NCBI RefSeq assembly: GCF_001194135.2
Contig: NC_068984.1
Span: forward strand, 131,506,777-131,570,776
DNA from: Octopus bimaculoides
Lineage: Eukaryota
Length of the DNA: 64,000 nt
Direction of reading: 5' to 3'
Below, piece after piece: positions 22,876 through 35,964 of the stretch. The position numbers and the translations under genes are program-made. Below the pieces are notes generated by a model. It searched no databases. It saw only the letters and a program-made list of their open reading frames with translations, and was not told the origin of the DNA. Numbering within the stretch: the stretch's first letter is position 1; each line of letters begins with the position of its first letter.

Positions 22876-23655
22876 ATTTAAGCAAATATAATAATGTTTA
22901 TCTGTAATAATTTTGTTAGCCACAGATAGCAGCAAAGTTATATGAAATCATTATCATTGTCATTATTTTAACATCCACTTTTCTATACTGGTATGGGTCG
23001 GATGGAATTTGTGGAGGCAGATTTTCTACAGATAGATACCCTTCCTGTCATCAACCTTCACCTGTTTCCAAGTGAGATGATATTTCTCCAAAGCCAAACA
23101 TGTTTTCTGGGAACTGTCATATGACAGTGACTCTTGTTTACAACTTATCATGTGATGTCAAGACTACAAGACACCAACTTAAACACATACTCTTTTACTT
23201 GTTTCAGTCATTTGACTGCGGCCATGCTGGAGCACCACCTTTAGTCGAGCAAATCGACCCCAGGTCTTATTCTTTGTAAGCCTAGTACTTATTCTATTGG
23301 TCACTTTTGCTGAACAGCTAAGTTATGGGGACCCAAACACACCAGCATCGGTTGTCAAGTGATGTTGGGGGGAAAAACACAGACACTCAAACACACACAC
23401 ATATATATATATACATATATATATGACGGGCTTCTTTTTGATAAAAAAAAATAATTCCTGTTTAACAAAGAATTTGATATGATGCAAAATGTTCCCCCAA
23501 TGCTGTTCTTATAGTCATCTGTAACATCATTTCTCAAACTGTCCAAATGTTTTGACTCCTCCACAAACTCTCGTTTCCAAAATTCTTTGTCTCTCACTCT
23601 CTAAGTGATCAAAATTACAGCAACTGGAATTACTGAGCACACTACTACAACAACA

Positions 23656-23720
<65 letters not shown>

Positions 23721-24534
23721 GACAACTACTACTACTACAACTACTACATATACTACTACTACTACTACTACNNNNNNNNNNNNNNNNNNNNNNNNNNNNN
23801 NNNNNNNNNNNNNNNNNNNNNNNNNNNNNNNNNNNNNNNNNNNNNNNNNNNNNNNNNNNNNNNNNNNNNNNNNNNNNNNNNNNNNNNNNNNNNNNNNNNN
23901 NNNNNNNNNNNNNNNNNNNNNNNNNNNNNNNNNNNNNNNNNNNNNNNNNNNNNNNNNNNNNNNNNNNNNNNNNNNNNNNNNNNNNNNNNNNNNNNNNNNN
24001 CTCCCTTCCTCCCCCCCCAACCCCGTTTTATAAACCCAGCATCACTTAAATTAATCTCAAATTTCATGAGTTTGTCCAAATAATAAACAGTGGAACAACA
24101 GTTGAATAAGCAGCAGCAGCATCGAGAAAATTGATGGCTTCTGAAAGTCTCAAAGGATTTTCCTATCAACTTCTGAAAATTATGGACAGTGAGAGGGAGG
24201 GTGGAAAAGGATGGGATGGAGGTAGGAGATGATGCGGGGTGGGTAAAAGACAAAACCAAAAACAGCAAAAAGAAAAAAAAAACAAGCTAAAATACACACA
24301 GGGGTATAATTTTGCATTCAGACACATACATGCATTCATGCATGTATGCATACATGAATGCATACATACATAGATGCGTACATACATAGCTGCATACACA
24401 CATGCATGCATACATACATGCATGTATACATAGCTGCATACATACATAGATAGGTAGATGCATACATACATGCATACATACGTGCACACTTAATAGCATA
24501 CACATATGCATACATAAATGCACGCATACATACA

Positions 24535-24568
<34 letters not shown>

Positions 24569-25329
24569 TACTTACATATATACATGCATACACATACATA
24601 CCTGGAAGGAAACATACATACATGTAAGCATACAAACATACACATATACACAAATGGATGCAAACATACATGTGTATGCATACATACGCACACATATGCA
24701 TACATATATACACATACACGCATACATATATACATACATGCATACATACACAACCACACAGACATACACACATACACATCTATGTAAAAATAAGAGTAAA
24801 CAACTTAATTGGAGGCTAAATTTCAGAAGAATTTTAAAATGTGAGAGAAAAAACCCTATCTATTTTCAATGCCTGAATAATAAATTATATTCATTTATAC
24901 ATATATTTATTTATTTAATTATCTATTTAATTAATTGCTTTTTTTTTTTTCTTAACTTCATTAAAGGCTACTGCAATAAAGCTTGAATTCACTGAATTAA
25001 AACCAACAGGTAATCAACTGTGGAAACTGGATACATTATTAGTTTTGGGTTGTAGTATTTGTTTTTTCTTATTGTCCTAGATACTGATGTTGTTGCTGAC
25101 GTTATTGTCGCCGTTGGGTGTGGTTACTGTTAAAGGCCTTGCAGTGTGGAAGCAGGTGTGAGTGTTTTTAGTTAGTTAGTTTGCAAATAAATTACTTTTA
25201 AGATCTTTATATTATGACACTTTCATTCACATAAACAGCACCTTGAATATCGATTGGGTAGTGCTTGTGGCCATTGTCATGATTGCTTTCAAGCATAAAA
25301 GGCATTTTTCTATTCTGTTTAAAGAACAG

Positions 25330-25371
<42 letters not shown>

Positions 25372-25792
25372 TATCATCATCATCACCATCATTTAACGTC
25401 CATTTTCCAAGTTGGCATGAGTTAGACAGTTTGACCAGAGCTGGTAAGCCAGAGAGCTGCACCAGGCTCCAGTGGTACATTTTGGCTTGATTTCTATGGC
25501 TAGATGCCCTTCTCAACAGCAACAGATAAAGGTTCCCTTTTACATGTCACCAGCATGGGTGCCTTTCACATACCACCAACACTGGCCATGATTTCACTTA
25601 GTTTGACATGTCTACTTAAGCACAGCAAATCTCCAGATGTCTCGGTCACTTGTCATCACCTCTGTGAAGCTCAATAACCAAAGATCATATTTCCCCACCC
25701 TGCTCCACATCTTCTTGGGTCTATCCCTTCCACAGGTTCCCTCTACAATGAGAGATTTGCACTTCCTTATACAGCTGTCCTTAACCATATGC
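25330..25792 (-). mobile_element. 5'-truncated RTE LINE (ORF end plus 3' UTR plus (GAT)n tail)
   Basis: Translation DSCIRKCKSLIVEGTCGRDRPKKMWSRVGKYDL..MTSDRDIWRFAVLK, followed by the shared UTR. Confidence 0.8.
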
Positions 25793-26181
25793 TTGTTGTT
25801 GTTGGCACTCCGTCGCTTACAGCGTCGAGGGTTCTGATTGATCCGATCAACGGAACAGCCTGCTCATGAAATTAACGTGCAAGTGGCTGAGCACTCCACA
25901 GACACGTGTACCCTTAACGTAGTTCTCGGGGATATTCAGCGTGACACAGTGTGACAAGGCTGACCCTTTGAATTACAGGCACAACAGAAACAGGAAGTAA
26001 GAGTGAGAGAAAGTTGTGGTGAAAGAGTACAGCAGGATTCACCACCATCCTCTGCTGGAGCCTCGTGGAGCTTTAGGTATTTTTCGCTCAATAATCACTC
26101 ACAACGCCCAGTCTGTGAATCGAAACTGCGATCGTACGACTGCGAGTCCGCTGCCCTAACCACTGGGCCATTGCACCTCCA
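25793..26181 (-). mobile_element. Full-length tRNA-headed SINE with (CAA)n tail
   Basis: Reverse complement of the 31784-32161 family. TSD TAACCATATGC at 25782-25792 and again after 26181. Confidence 0.88.
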
Positions 26182-27198
26182 CTAACCATATGCACTAACC
26201 ATATGCAATAAAATTATAAAACACTTCTATAACCTTTCACCTTCACCACAGTGAGAAACCAAGGCAAGGCTTTACGGTCTCAAATCCTATGGCTCATAAA
26301 GCTGGTTATTTGGTTTCCATGGTGAATAAGTGGCCAAAATGACAACATTCAAGATCCTAGTCTGTCGCATGGTTATTCATTTGCAGCTGAATGAACCAGA
26401 GCAACATGAAATGAATTTTTTGCTCAGGGACACAATACACCACTTGTCCAGGAAGGAATCCAACCTATGATCTAACAATCATGAGTGCAACATCCTAAAC
26501 ACCAGGCCCCGTGGTTTCACATTCATATAAACATACATCCATGCATACATGCATATATACATACACACATACATACATATATATATATATATANNNNNNN
26601 NNNNNNNNNNNNNNNNNNNNNNNNNNNNNNNNNNNNNNNNNNNNNNNNNNNNNNNNNNNNNNNNNNNNNNNNNNNNNNNNNNNNNNNNNNNNNNNNNNNN
26701 NNNNNNNNNNNNNNNNNNNNNNNNNNNNNNNNNNNNNNNNNNNNNNNNNNNNNNNNNNNNNNNNNNNNNNNNNNNNNNNNNNNNNNNNNNNNNNNNNNNN
26801 NNNNNNNNNNNNNNNNNNNNNNNNNNNNNNNNNNNNNNNNNNNNNNNNNNNNNNNNNNNNNNNNNNNNNNNNNNNNNNNNNNNNNNNNNNNNNNNNNNNN
26901 NNNNNNNNNNNNNNNNNNNNNNNNNNNNNNNNNNNNNNNNNNNNNNNNNNNNNNNNNNNNNNNNNNNNNNNNNNNNNNNNNNNNNNNNNNNNNNNNNNNN
27001 NNNNNNNNNNNNNNNNNNNNNNNNNNNNNNNNNNNNNNNNNNNNNNNNNNNNNNNNNNNNNNNNNNNNNNNNNNNNNNNNNNNNNNNNNNNNNNNNNNNN
27101 NNNNNNNNNNNNNNNNNNNNNNNNNNNNNNNNNNNNNNNNNNNNNNNNNNNNNNNNNNNNNNNNNNNNNNNNNNNNNNNNNNNNNNNNNNNNNNNNNN

Positions 27199-27264
<66 letters not shown>

Positions 27265-29554
27265 TGAGTGATGGTTGGAAATGAACATCATTGTCATACA
27301 AGCGAGGAGTCTTCCATGAAAAACATATCTGGCCATGGAGAAATCTTACCTCACTTGGAAAAAGGTGAAGGTGGGCAACAGGAAGGGCATCCAGCCACAG
27401 AAAACCTCCCCAACAAATTCTCTCTGCTGACCATGCAAGCATAGAAAAGTGGACAGTAAATGAAGACACTGATGTTTACAGCAGTGAATTATATATCGCA
27501 CACAGACACACGCACATGTAGTGGAGTCAGCTGTTGAGAGACGTATTTGCCATGGACATAATGAAATGACTCTAATAAGCTATGAACCAATAACGTCTCC
27601 CGATGTTTGTTGTATGTTTGTCAGCTGACTCAGCCATCTATGCTCCAATAACATGCCTTAAGTCCTAAAGTTTAGAATATTATGCTTATACAATAAAGAC
27701 AAGAAAGCTATAGTTGGAAATTCCAAATGGTAGCTTTCTTTGATCTGCAACCTCCAGGCTATAGGTCAGTCCCAGCCAAACTAATTAGGGCTATTCAGCA
27801 ACATTGTTGAATTAAAGAGTTATATGGTAGGGCTTCATTTCATTTCATAGTAAGCTTCCCAAATAATGGCGAAGCTAGTGATCTGAGATGCTGTTATTGA
27901 GAAATTTCTGTTGTCTAGGAATTTTCTTTATTTTTAATTGCATTTATGTAAATACGAAATAGAGACAGAGTATAAATGAATGGCATATTATTAAATGCTA
28001 TTCATTTGTACTATGTCTTAAATAACTTCCTGCTAAACACACAGGGAGTTATTTAAGGGGGGAAAAAAATTTAATTGAAAACATTTTTTAAATGTTTCTG
28101 GAAAGGTTAAATTTTGCATCCTTACTACTAGAAAACAAATGCATGTTTATCATGTGTTGTTTGATGCACAGTAAGGACACAAGACTATAAGTATATAAGC
28201 AAAAATATTTTAATGTTAAAAAGGCATTTTCAAATGAAAGAAACACATGTAGTTGAAGCATGTGTAAAAATGGTCTTCAAAGAAAATATGCTCTCTCACA
28301 CACACATCATCATCATTATCCTCATCACCATCATCATCATTCAACGTCTGTTTTCCATGATGGCATGGCTTGGACAGTGTGACAGGAGCTGACCAGCTGC
28401 AGAACTGCCCAGGTTTCATTTGTCTGTTTTGGTATGGTTTCTATGGTTGGATGATCTCCCTAATGCCAACCACTTTACAAAGTGTGCTGGGTGCTTTAAA
28501 CCTGGTACTGGCATGGGAGCTTTTATGTGACACTGGTATAGGTACATTTATGTAGCACCGGCATGGGCGCTTTTTCTATAGTACCAGCACTCATGAGCCC
28601 ACAGAAATAGGACCTCTCCTCTGAGAGTGGAATGTAAAGAATATGCCTGTATATACATACATATATACATACATATATATACATATATATATATATANNN
28701 NNNNNNNNNNNNNNNNNNNNNNNNNNNNNNNNNNNNNNNNNNNNNNNNNNNNNNNNNNNNNNNNNNNNNNNNNNNNNNNNNNNNNNNNNNNNNNNNNNNN
28801 NNNNNNNNNNNNNNNNNNNNNNNNNNNNNNNNNNNNNNNNNNNNNNNNNNNNNNNNNNNNNNNNNNNNNNNNNNNNNNNNNNNNNNNNNNNNNNNNNNNN
28901 NNNNNNNNNNNNNNNNNNNNNNNNNNNNNNNNNNNNNNNNNNNNNNNNNNNNNNNNNNNNNNNNNNNNNNNNNNNNNNNNNNNNNNNNNNNNNNNNNNNN
29001 NNNNNNNNNNNNNNNNNNNNNNNNNNNNNNNNNNNNNNNNNNNNNNNNNNNNNNNNNNNNNNNNNNNNNNNNNNNNNNNNNNNNNNNNNNNNNNNNNNNN
29101 NNNNNNNNNNNNNNNNNNNNNNNNNNNNNNNNNNNNNNNNNNNNNNNNNNNNNNNNNNNNNNNNNNNNNNNNNNNNNNNNNNNNNNNNNNNNNNNNNNNN
29201 NNNNNNNNNNNNNNNNNNNNNNNNNNNNNNNNNNNNNNNNNNNNNNNNNNNNNNNNNNNNNNNNNNNNNNNNNNNNNNNNNNNNNNNNNNNNNNNNNNNN
29301 NNNNNNNNNNNNNNNNNNNNNNNNNNNNNNNNNNNNNNNNNNNNNNNNNNNNNNNNNNNNNNNNNNNNNNNNNNNNNNNNNNNNNNNNNNNNNNNNNNNN
29401 NNNNNNNNNNNNNNNNNNNNNNNNNNNNNNNNNNNNNNNNNNNNNNNNNNNNNNNNNNNNNNNNNNNNNNNNNNNNNNNNNNNNNNNNNNNNNNNNNNNN
29501 NNNNNNNNNNNNNNNNNNNNNNNNNNNTATATATATATATATATATATATATAT

Positions 29555-29855
29555 CCAGCATCGCCTTACTGGCACTCGTGCCAGTGGCATGTGAACAAAA
29601 CATTCGACTGACTCCTGTGCAGGTGGGACATAAAAAAAACACCATTTGAGTGTGGCCATTGCCAGTACCGCCGGACTGGCCCTCGTGCCAGTGGGACGTA
29701 AAAAGCACCCACTAGACTCTTGGAGTGGTTGGCGTTAGGAAGGGCATCCAGCTGTAGAAACTCTGCCCGATAGGATTGGAGTTTGGTGTAACCATCTGGT
29801 TCGCCAGTCCCCAGTCAAATCGTCCATGGAAAGCGGATGTTAAATGATGATGATG
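29555..29855 (+). mobile_element. RTE LINE 3' UTR fragment
   Basis: GTGCCAGTGG modules, TTGGCGTTAGGAAGGGCATCCAGCTGTAG, (GAT)n tail. Confidence 0.75.
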
Positions 29856-29887
29856 ATATATAGATATATACATATATATACGTATAT

Positions 29888-30050
29888 ATCAAAATAAGCA
29901 ACAGGATATAAAGAGGTGATGCAGTACAACTATGCAGCTGAGGATAGCCCTGCATTTCAATTGATGTAATGATTGCATTGTTCAATTAAATGGAGCCACT
30001 TGAAACGGTCGTACTGCGTCAGCTCTTGATATCCTGTTGCTTATTTTGAT
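29888..30050. mobile_element. 163-bp foldback element with ~45-bp terminal inverted repeats
   Basis: ATCAAAATAAGCAACAGGATAT.AAGAG.TGA.GCAGTAC at the left and its reverse complement at the right. Preceded by (TA)n. Confidence 0.7.
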
Positions 30051-30138
30051 TTGATTTCCACCTTACTTTAAGTTGTACAGACAATACTGCACTGACATGG
30101 TGCTTCAACTTAAGTACCTAATTCAGCTGACTCTCAAT

Positions 30139-30170
<32 letters not shown>

Positions 30171-30784
30171 NNNNNNNNNNNNNNNNNNNNNNNNNNNNNN
30201 NNCCTCGCTTAAGTTCTTCATGCTGGATACATGCTCGCTCAAAAGTGTCGATCCCCTCCTGTATGTATGTATGTATGTATGTGTGTGTGTGCACGTGGAA
30301 GAGCATCATATTTACAGAAAACCTACCTCGGCAAATTCCATCCAGCTTATAGGGGAGCATGGAAAAGAGGACATTAAACTGACAATGATAAATATCACAA
30401 TCATGTTCGTGATCGTGATGGTCTTAAATCTGATGAACCAATCAAGTGAGAAAACAATTGACCTCATCAAAATTCATTTTCTCCTTAAAATCTTTAGCTT
30501 CAACTAAACCATCGACCCAGATACAGCCATACTCTCTGATTGCTTCAATAAAAATCACTCATCCAATATTTTATCTAAATTTTCACATTCTGCTTTATTA
30601 CAGAATTTTCCTAATTACTGTTTTATTGTTAGTCCCAGAACATGCAGTAAAACGAAGAACAGCTTTATTTCAAGTTCTTAACGTGTTATAAAATCAACAA
30701 GCCGATGTTATATTCTATTTATTAATGTACTTCTACTTAAGACTCCTTTGATTATCTTAATGACATCAAGGTTATCATAAACTG

Positions 30785-31375
30785 TTTTGTTATCATATTT
30801 CTGTAGAAATACACTGTCTTTGTTTTAATTAATTAGGAAAATAACTAAGAGCTTAGTTAAATAACTTTGTGATTATTAAGGTGGTGTTTGTAGCGTAAAT
30901 TCACATGAAATTTTGGTGGAAGGTTTTGATTTAAATCACTTTAACCCATATTTCTGTAGACATACACTGCCTTTGTTTCAATTAACTTGGAAAATACTGC
31001 AGAATTTAGTGAAATAACTTTGGAACATAAAAATTAACATTATATTTTGAAGGAAGGTTTTAATTTAGATAATTTTAACCCTTTAGCATTCAGATTACTT
31101 TGTTAAATGTGATGCTTATTTATTCACATTGTTTTAAATTAATCATGTATAATCTCGTAGCTTCAAGATTTCACTGATGTGATTGTCTATTTTTAGAATG
31201 ACATTGTAGAGTAGGTATGAGAGGCCAGACCTGGCTGGTTTGAACTTAAAACAGGTAGAATATTCAGGTTGGAAATGGCTGGCTTAAATGCTAAAGGGTT
31301 AAAACAGAAAGCTTGTATCACAGAACAGGGGCAATCACGGGCAGGTTGGCATTAAAAAAAGATTAAACTTTAATG
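30785..31375. mobile_element. Nested piggyBac-like TTAA MITEs
   Basis: Inner element 31079-31298 has TIRs CCCTTTAGCATT / AATGCTAAAGGG flanked by TTAA. Two tandem partial copies of a second family (CATATTTCTGTAGA.ATACACTG..) precede it. Confidence 0.7.
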
Positions 31376-31783
31376 TTGATCTTTGTTTCTTCTTTAAACA
31401 TGATGATGGAGAATACGACAGAAAATAAAATGTCTAAAGAGGTAATATTTATCCCCACTTAAACATGGATGTTCTATTGACAACGACAAAACCAAACAAG
31501 ATCAAAATCACGTGATCAGGTGGTCTCAGTATTGTAGGTAGCAGGGATTTACCTCCCCACTAGCAATATAAACAGGAGCGCATTTTGCATCAAAAGCCAA
31601 TATGATAGTTTCTCTTATGCTTACTATTGTATTAAAATTTGTTCTAACAGAATATCCACATTTAAGTGGGGATAAATATTACCTCTTGGTATTAATACAG
31701 CTTCTGTTGCTAATATATAAGATGTCTGAAATGCAACACAAGGCATTTCATGTGCTGTCTACATGTTGCTTATTTCACAAATG

Positions 31784-32161
31784 TGGAGGCGCAATGGCCC
31801 AGTGGTTAGGGCAGCGGACTCGCGGTCATAGGATCGCGGTTTCGATTCCCAGACCGGGCGTTGTAAGTGTTTATTGAGCGAAAACACCTAAAGCTCCACG
31901 AGGCTCCGGCAGGGGATGGTGGTGAACCCTGCTCTACCCTTTCACCACAACTTTCTCTCACTCTTTCTTCCTGTTTCTGTTGTACCTGTAATTCAAAGGG
32001 TCAGCCTAGTCACACTGTGTCACACTAAATATCCCCAAGAACTACGTTAAGGGTACACATGTCTGTGGAGTGCTCAGCCACTTGCACGTTAATTTCACGA
32101 GCAGGCTGTTCTGTTGATTGGATCAACTGGAACCCTCGACGTCATAAGCAACGGAGTGCCA
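31784..32161 (+). mobile_element. Full-length tRNA-headed SINE
   Basis: Box A TGGCCCAGTGG, box B GGTTTCGATTCC, TSD ACAAATG at 31777-31783 and 32162-32168. Confidence 0.88.
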
Positions 32162-33384
32162 ACAAATGAATGTTTTTAGTCACTGAACTAGAGTCATGTA
32201 GCCTTGAAGGTTTTTAGTTGAACAAATTGACCTCAGTATTTATGATTTCTTTAAAGCTAAGGTTTTGATTCCAGGTCTGGACAGTGCATTGTATCCACGA
32301 ACAAAAGACTAAATTTTACATTGCTCCATCTACTTAGCAGAAAACATGCACCATTGTAATACTGGTGCAGCCATTACTCCACCTCTCACTCAATCCAGCT
32401 GTCATCTCCTACATGTTTAGCTGGGTCAAGGATGGGAGAGCCGAATGGATGTCTCCATCTGCTCACAAATACAAAAGCACTTAGAACAATTAACAAAAGC
32501 GTGACAGATACTATAAGGTCATATCAACTGATTTAACAAATTAAGTAATGGCTATAGTTTTTTTTTTTTTTGGTAATTGCTTATTGGCACGGATGTAGCT
32601 TATGGTTTCAGGTTCAGTCCCACTTGTGTGACACCTTAGGCAAATGTCTTCTGCCATAACCTCAGGCTAACCAAAGCCTTGTGAGTAGATTTCAAAGATG
32701 GAAATTGAAAGAAGTTATCATNNNNNNNNNNNNNNNNNNNNNNNNNNNNNNNNNNNNNNNNNNNNNNNNNNNNNNNNNNNNNNNNNNNNNNNNNNNNNNN
32801 NNNNNNNNNNNNNNNNNNNNNNNNNNNNNNNNNNNNNNNNNNNNNNNNNNNNNNNNNNNNNNNNNNNNNNNNNNNNNNNNNNNNNNNNNNNNNNNNNNNN
32901 NNNNNNNNNNNNNNNNNNNNNNNNNNNNNNNNNNNNNNNNNNNNNNNNNNNNNNNNNNNNNNNNNNNNNNNNNNNNNNNNNNNNNNNNNNNNNNNNNNNN
33001 NNNNNNNNNNNNNNNNNNNNNNNNNNNNNNNNNNNNNNNNNNNNNNNNNNNNNNNNNNNNNNNNNNNNNNNNNNNNNNNNNNNNNNNNNNNNNNNNNNNN
33101 NNNNNNNNNNNNNNNNNNNNNNNNNNNNNNNNNNNNNNNNNNNNNNNNNNNNNNNNNNNNNNNNNNNNNNNNNNNNNNNNNNNNNNNNNNNNNNNNNNNN
33201 NNNNNNNNNNNNNNNNNNNNNNNNNNNNNNNNNNNNNNNNNNNNNNNNNNNNNNNNNNNNNNNNNNNNNNNNNNNNNNNNNNNNNNNNNNNNNNNNNNNN
33301 NNNNNNNNNNNNNNNNNNNNNNNNNNNNNNNNNNNNNNNNNNNNNNNNNNNNNNNNNNNNNNNNNNNNNNNNNNNNNNNNNNNN

Positions 33385-33539
33385 TAGCGTGTGTATATAT
33401 AAAAAAAGAATAAGATAAAGAGACCAATGACAAAAGTAGAATTATAATTTATGTATGTATAGACTTTATACATAAAATATAATTCTACCTTTGCCATTGG
33501 TCTCTTTATCTTATTCTTTTTTTATATATACACACGCTA
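33385..33539. repeat. Near-perfect palindrome, ~72-bp arms, abutting an N gap
   Basis: TAGCGTGTGTATATATAAAAAAAGAATAAGATAAAGAGACCAATG at the left and its exact reverse complement at the right, with about 3 mismatches in the inner part. Confidence 0.9.
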
Positions 33540-34140
33540 ATACATGACCCATGTTATATTCCCCACTCATGTTGCAACCACGTCAGGGCAAAACTAGTCG
33601 GTATACAGCACTTACTCGGTATTACCTGTATCTTTAGAGTTTGGTTGACTCCAATACCCTTCATAACCTTTATTATATATATATATATACACATACATAC
33701 ATATATATGCATACATGAATGGTATGCATGCATATATGTATGTATGTATTCATGTAAGTACTCAAATGATTTGAACTTACACTTTGAGCACTACTGAATG
33801 TTTTTTATGTTGAACATCTCTGGATTTCATCTGTTGACTCCATATCTGTAAGTATGTATGTATATATGTATTTATGTATGTATGTATATTCCATTCAAAT
33901 TCAAATTAATAGCAATGTTTGGTAACTCATAGCTGAGTATTGGAAACACTGGTATCCACCAAAGGGAAATGGCTAGCGTGGAAAAGCTTTGAAATGGGTA
34001 CATTGATGCTTGCAAGTAGCTGATGACCTTCGTTACATGATGCAATTTTTCAACAACCTGCTTAGTAATTAAACTTGAGAGCTTTCAACTTTGTTTTCCT
34101 TTTTGCTTGTTTTTTTGTATTTCAAGTTTGTTTCTTTCAG

Positions 34141-34232
34141 CTTTTACTCTTCTCAGTAATTAGCAAAAAGACTACGAAAACATATCAACAGAGATTCTGA
34201 AAGGAATGGCTTGCTACGATAACTTTTAGTCA
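34141..34232 (+). other. Candidate 92-nt non-coding exon
   Basis: Long polypyrimidine tract ending tttctttcag and consensus donor CA|GTAAGT. Stops in all three frames; contains a short ATG..TAG ORF. Confidence 0.4.
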
Positions 34233-34632
34233 GTAAGTGGCTGCATAAAGTTCTTGCTGATTCATCGAAAGTGCACTGGAAATTTTGTAGATGTGACATC
34301 ATAGAAAATATTCATGTGTTAGTTAGTAAGGCATTACCAAACAAAAATCATATAAGAAGACATTAATTCTATTTAAAGCAATTCCTGTTACGATTTTTTG
34401 ATAAGAAAATGTGATGTAAGCTCAATGCTTAAAGCTAATTTAGCAATATGTTTGCTACCATTCTTCATTCAACACCTGTGATCATTTAGTAGATTCGTGC
34501 AAAAATAAAATAGTTGACTGTATCCAGAGTGAAGTAACATTGTAAATATTGTAAAGAAATGTGGTTGCTTCACACTTTGATGAAGATTTGATTTCTGATG
34601 TAGGAATTGAAAAAAATTTAGGCTTTTCCATT

Positions 34633-34665
<33 letters not shown>

Positions 34666-34857
34666 CTCCCAGAAGAAGTAGAAGAATCTCATGATATCAC
34701 AGTTAACAAGCTTCTGGAAATGGTTATAATATATTTCAGTAACAGACATACATATATATATGTATATATATATACATTTTTATTCGGTACTTTTAGAAAA
34801 GTATGTTGCAAATGGAATTGCAGACTTTGGAAAAGACAAAGAGTTGTGCATGTATAG

Positions 34858-34893
<36 letters not shown>

Positions 34894-35314
34894 CATCATC
34901 ATCATCATTGTTGATGATGGTATATGTGTGTGTGTGTGTGTGTGTGTATATCTTGCTTTGGTACTTTTAGAAAAGTATGATGCAAATGCAATTGCAGACT
35001 TTGAAAAAAAAAAAAAAAGTAAAGTAATGGAAAAGAAATTAAACACAAAAAATCTATTGGTTATTGGAAGTGACAATGCCACTGCCATGATGGGAGTTAA
35101 CAATGATGTCAATAAGAAATTAAAAGAAGCTCCATCAGTATTTCTTGTGTATGTTATTATTATTTTTTTTTTTTTGTGCAGTTGGTTGTATCCTATGCAT
35201 ACGTGGAACATCTCACAAAAATCTAAGAATTAGAAGTAGCAGAATCTTTAAGTGGCTTTCATTCTCTTTAACAAGTCAAATAGCTTATAATTAACTGTAC
35301 CTTGCTATTATTAA

Positions 35315-35450
35315 CCCTTTGAGCCCCTAACACTGGTTTACTGGTGGATGGCTTATTTTTTTCTATACCCCAGCACCGCTCTGTACCGTAGCACCGGTGG
35401 AGTGCCAGGAATATGGTAAAATAAGGTTCAGAAGGTCAGGGCTCAAAGGT
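35315..35450. mobile_element. Small piggyBac-like MITE
   Basis: TTAA|CCCTTTGAGCCC ... GGGCTCAAAGGT|TTAA. Confidence 0.7.
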
Positions 35451-35964
35451 TTAATGGTAAAGAACCATTGAAGATTTAAAACATTTGTGCAACTTTATGT
35501 TTATCAGCTGAACTTGCTAGGGATAGAATTTTGAACCAGCTGACACAGGTATGGCTGTGTGGTTAAGAAGCTTGCTTCCGAACCATGTGGTCTTGGGTTC
35601 ATTCTCACTGCACAGTACCTTGAGTAAGTGCATTCTACTATAGCCATGGGTCAACCATAACCTTGTGAGTGGATTTAGTTGATGGAAACTGAAAGAACCT
35701 TGTCATACACACGCATGCACACACACACACACACACAGATAGATTTATATGTATGTGTTTTGTGTTTATTCCACTCCATCACTTGACATCCAATGTTAGT
35801 TTGTTTACATTCCCATAACTTTGTGGTTCAAAAGTGACCAGGCTTAAAGGAAACTAAGTACTGGTGTTGATTTGTTTGACTAAACCCTTCAAGATGGTGC
35901 CTCAATACAGCCACAGTCCAAACCCTGGTGAGAGGTTTGAGAGAAAATAGTAGAAATCATACAT

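Noticed and set aside
24020-24180. Minus-strand acceptor and open frame KLIGKSFETFRSHQFSRCCCC
   Set aside because: There is no good donor, and the Cys run derives from a (CAG)n repeat.
26479-29708. ORFs of 240-390 aa in the track (also 32636-33497, 42706-43583, 48758-49988, 58917-59611, 60338-61637)
   Set aside because: They are open only because they run through N gaps.
30300-30420. YRKPTS motif suggesting a Penelope reverse transcriptase
   Set aside because: At the nucleotide level it is a decayed copy of SINE/RTE tail variant 2, and the surrounding residues do not fit RT.
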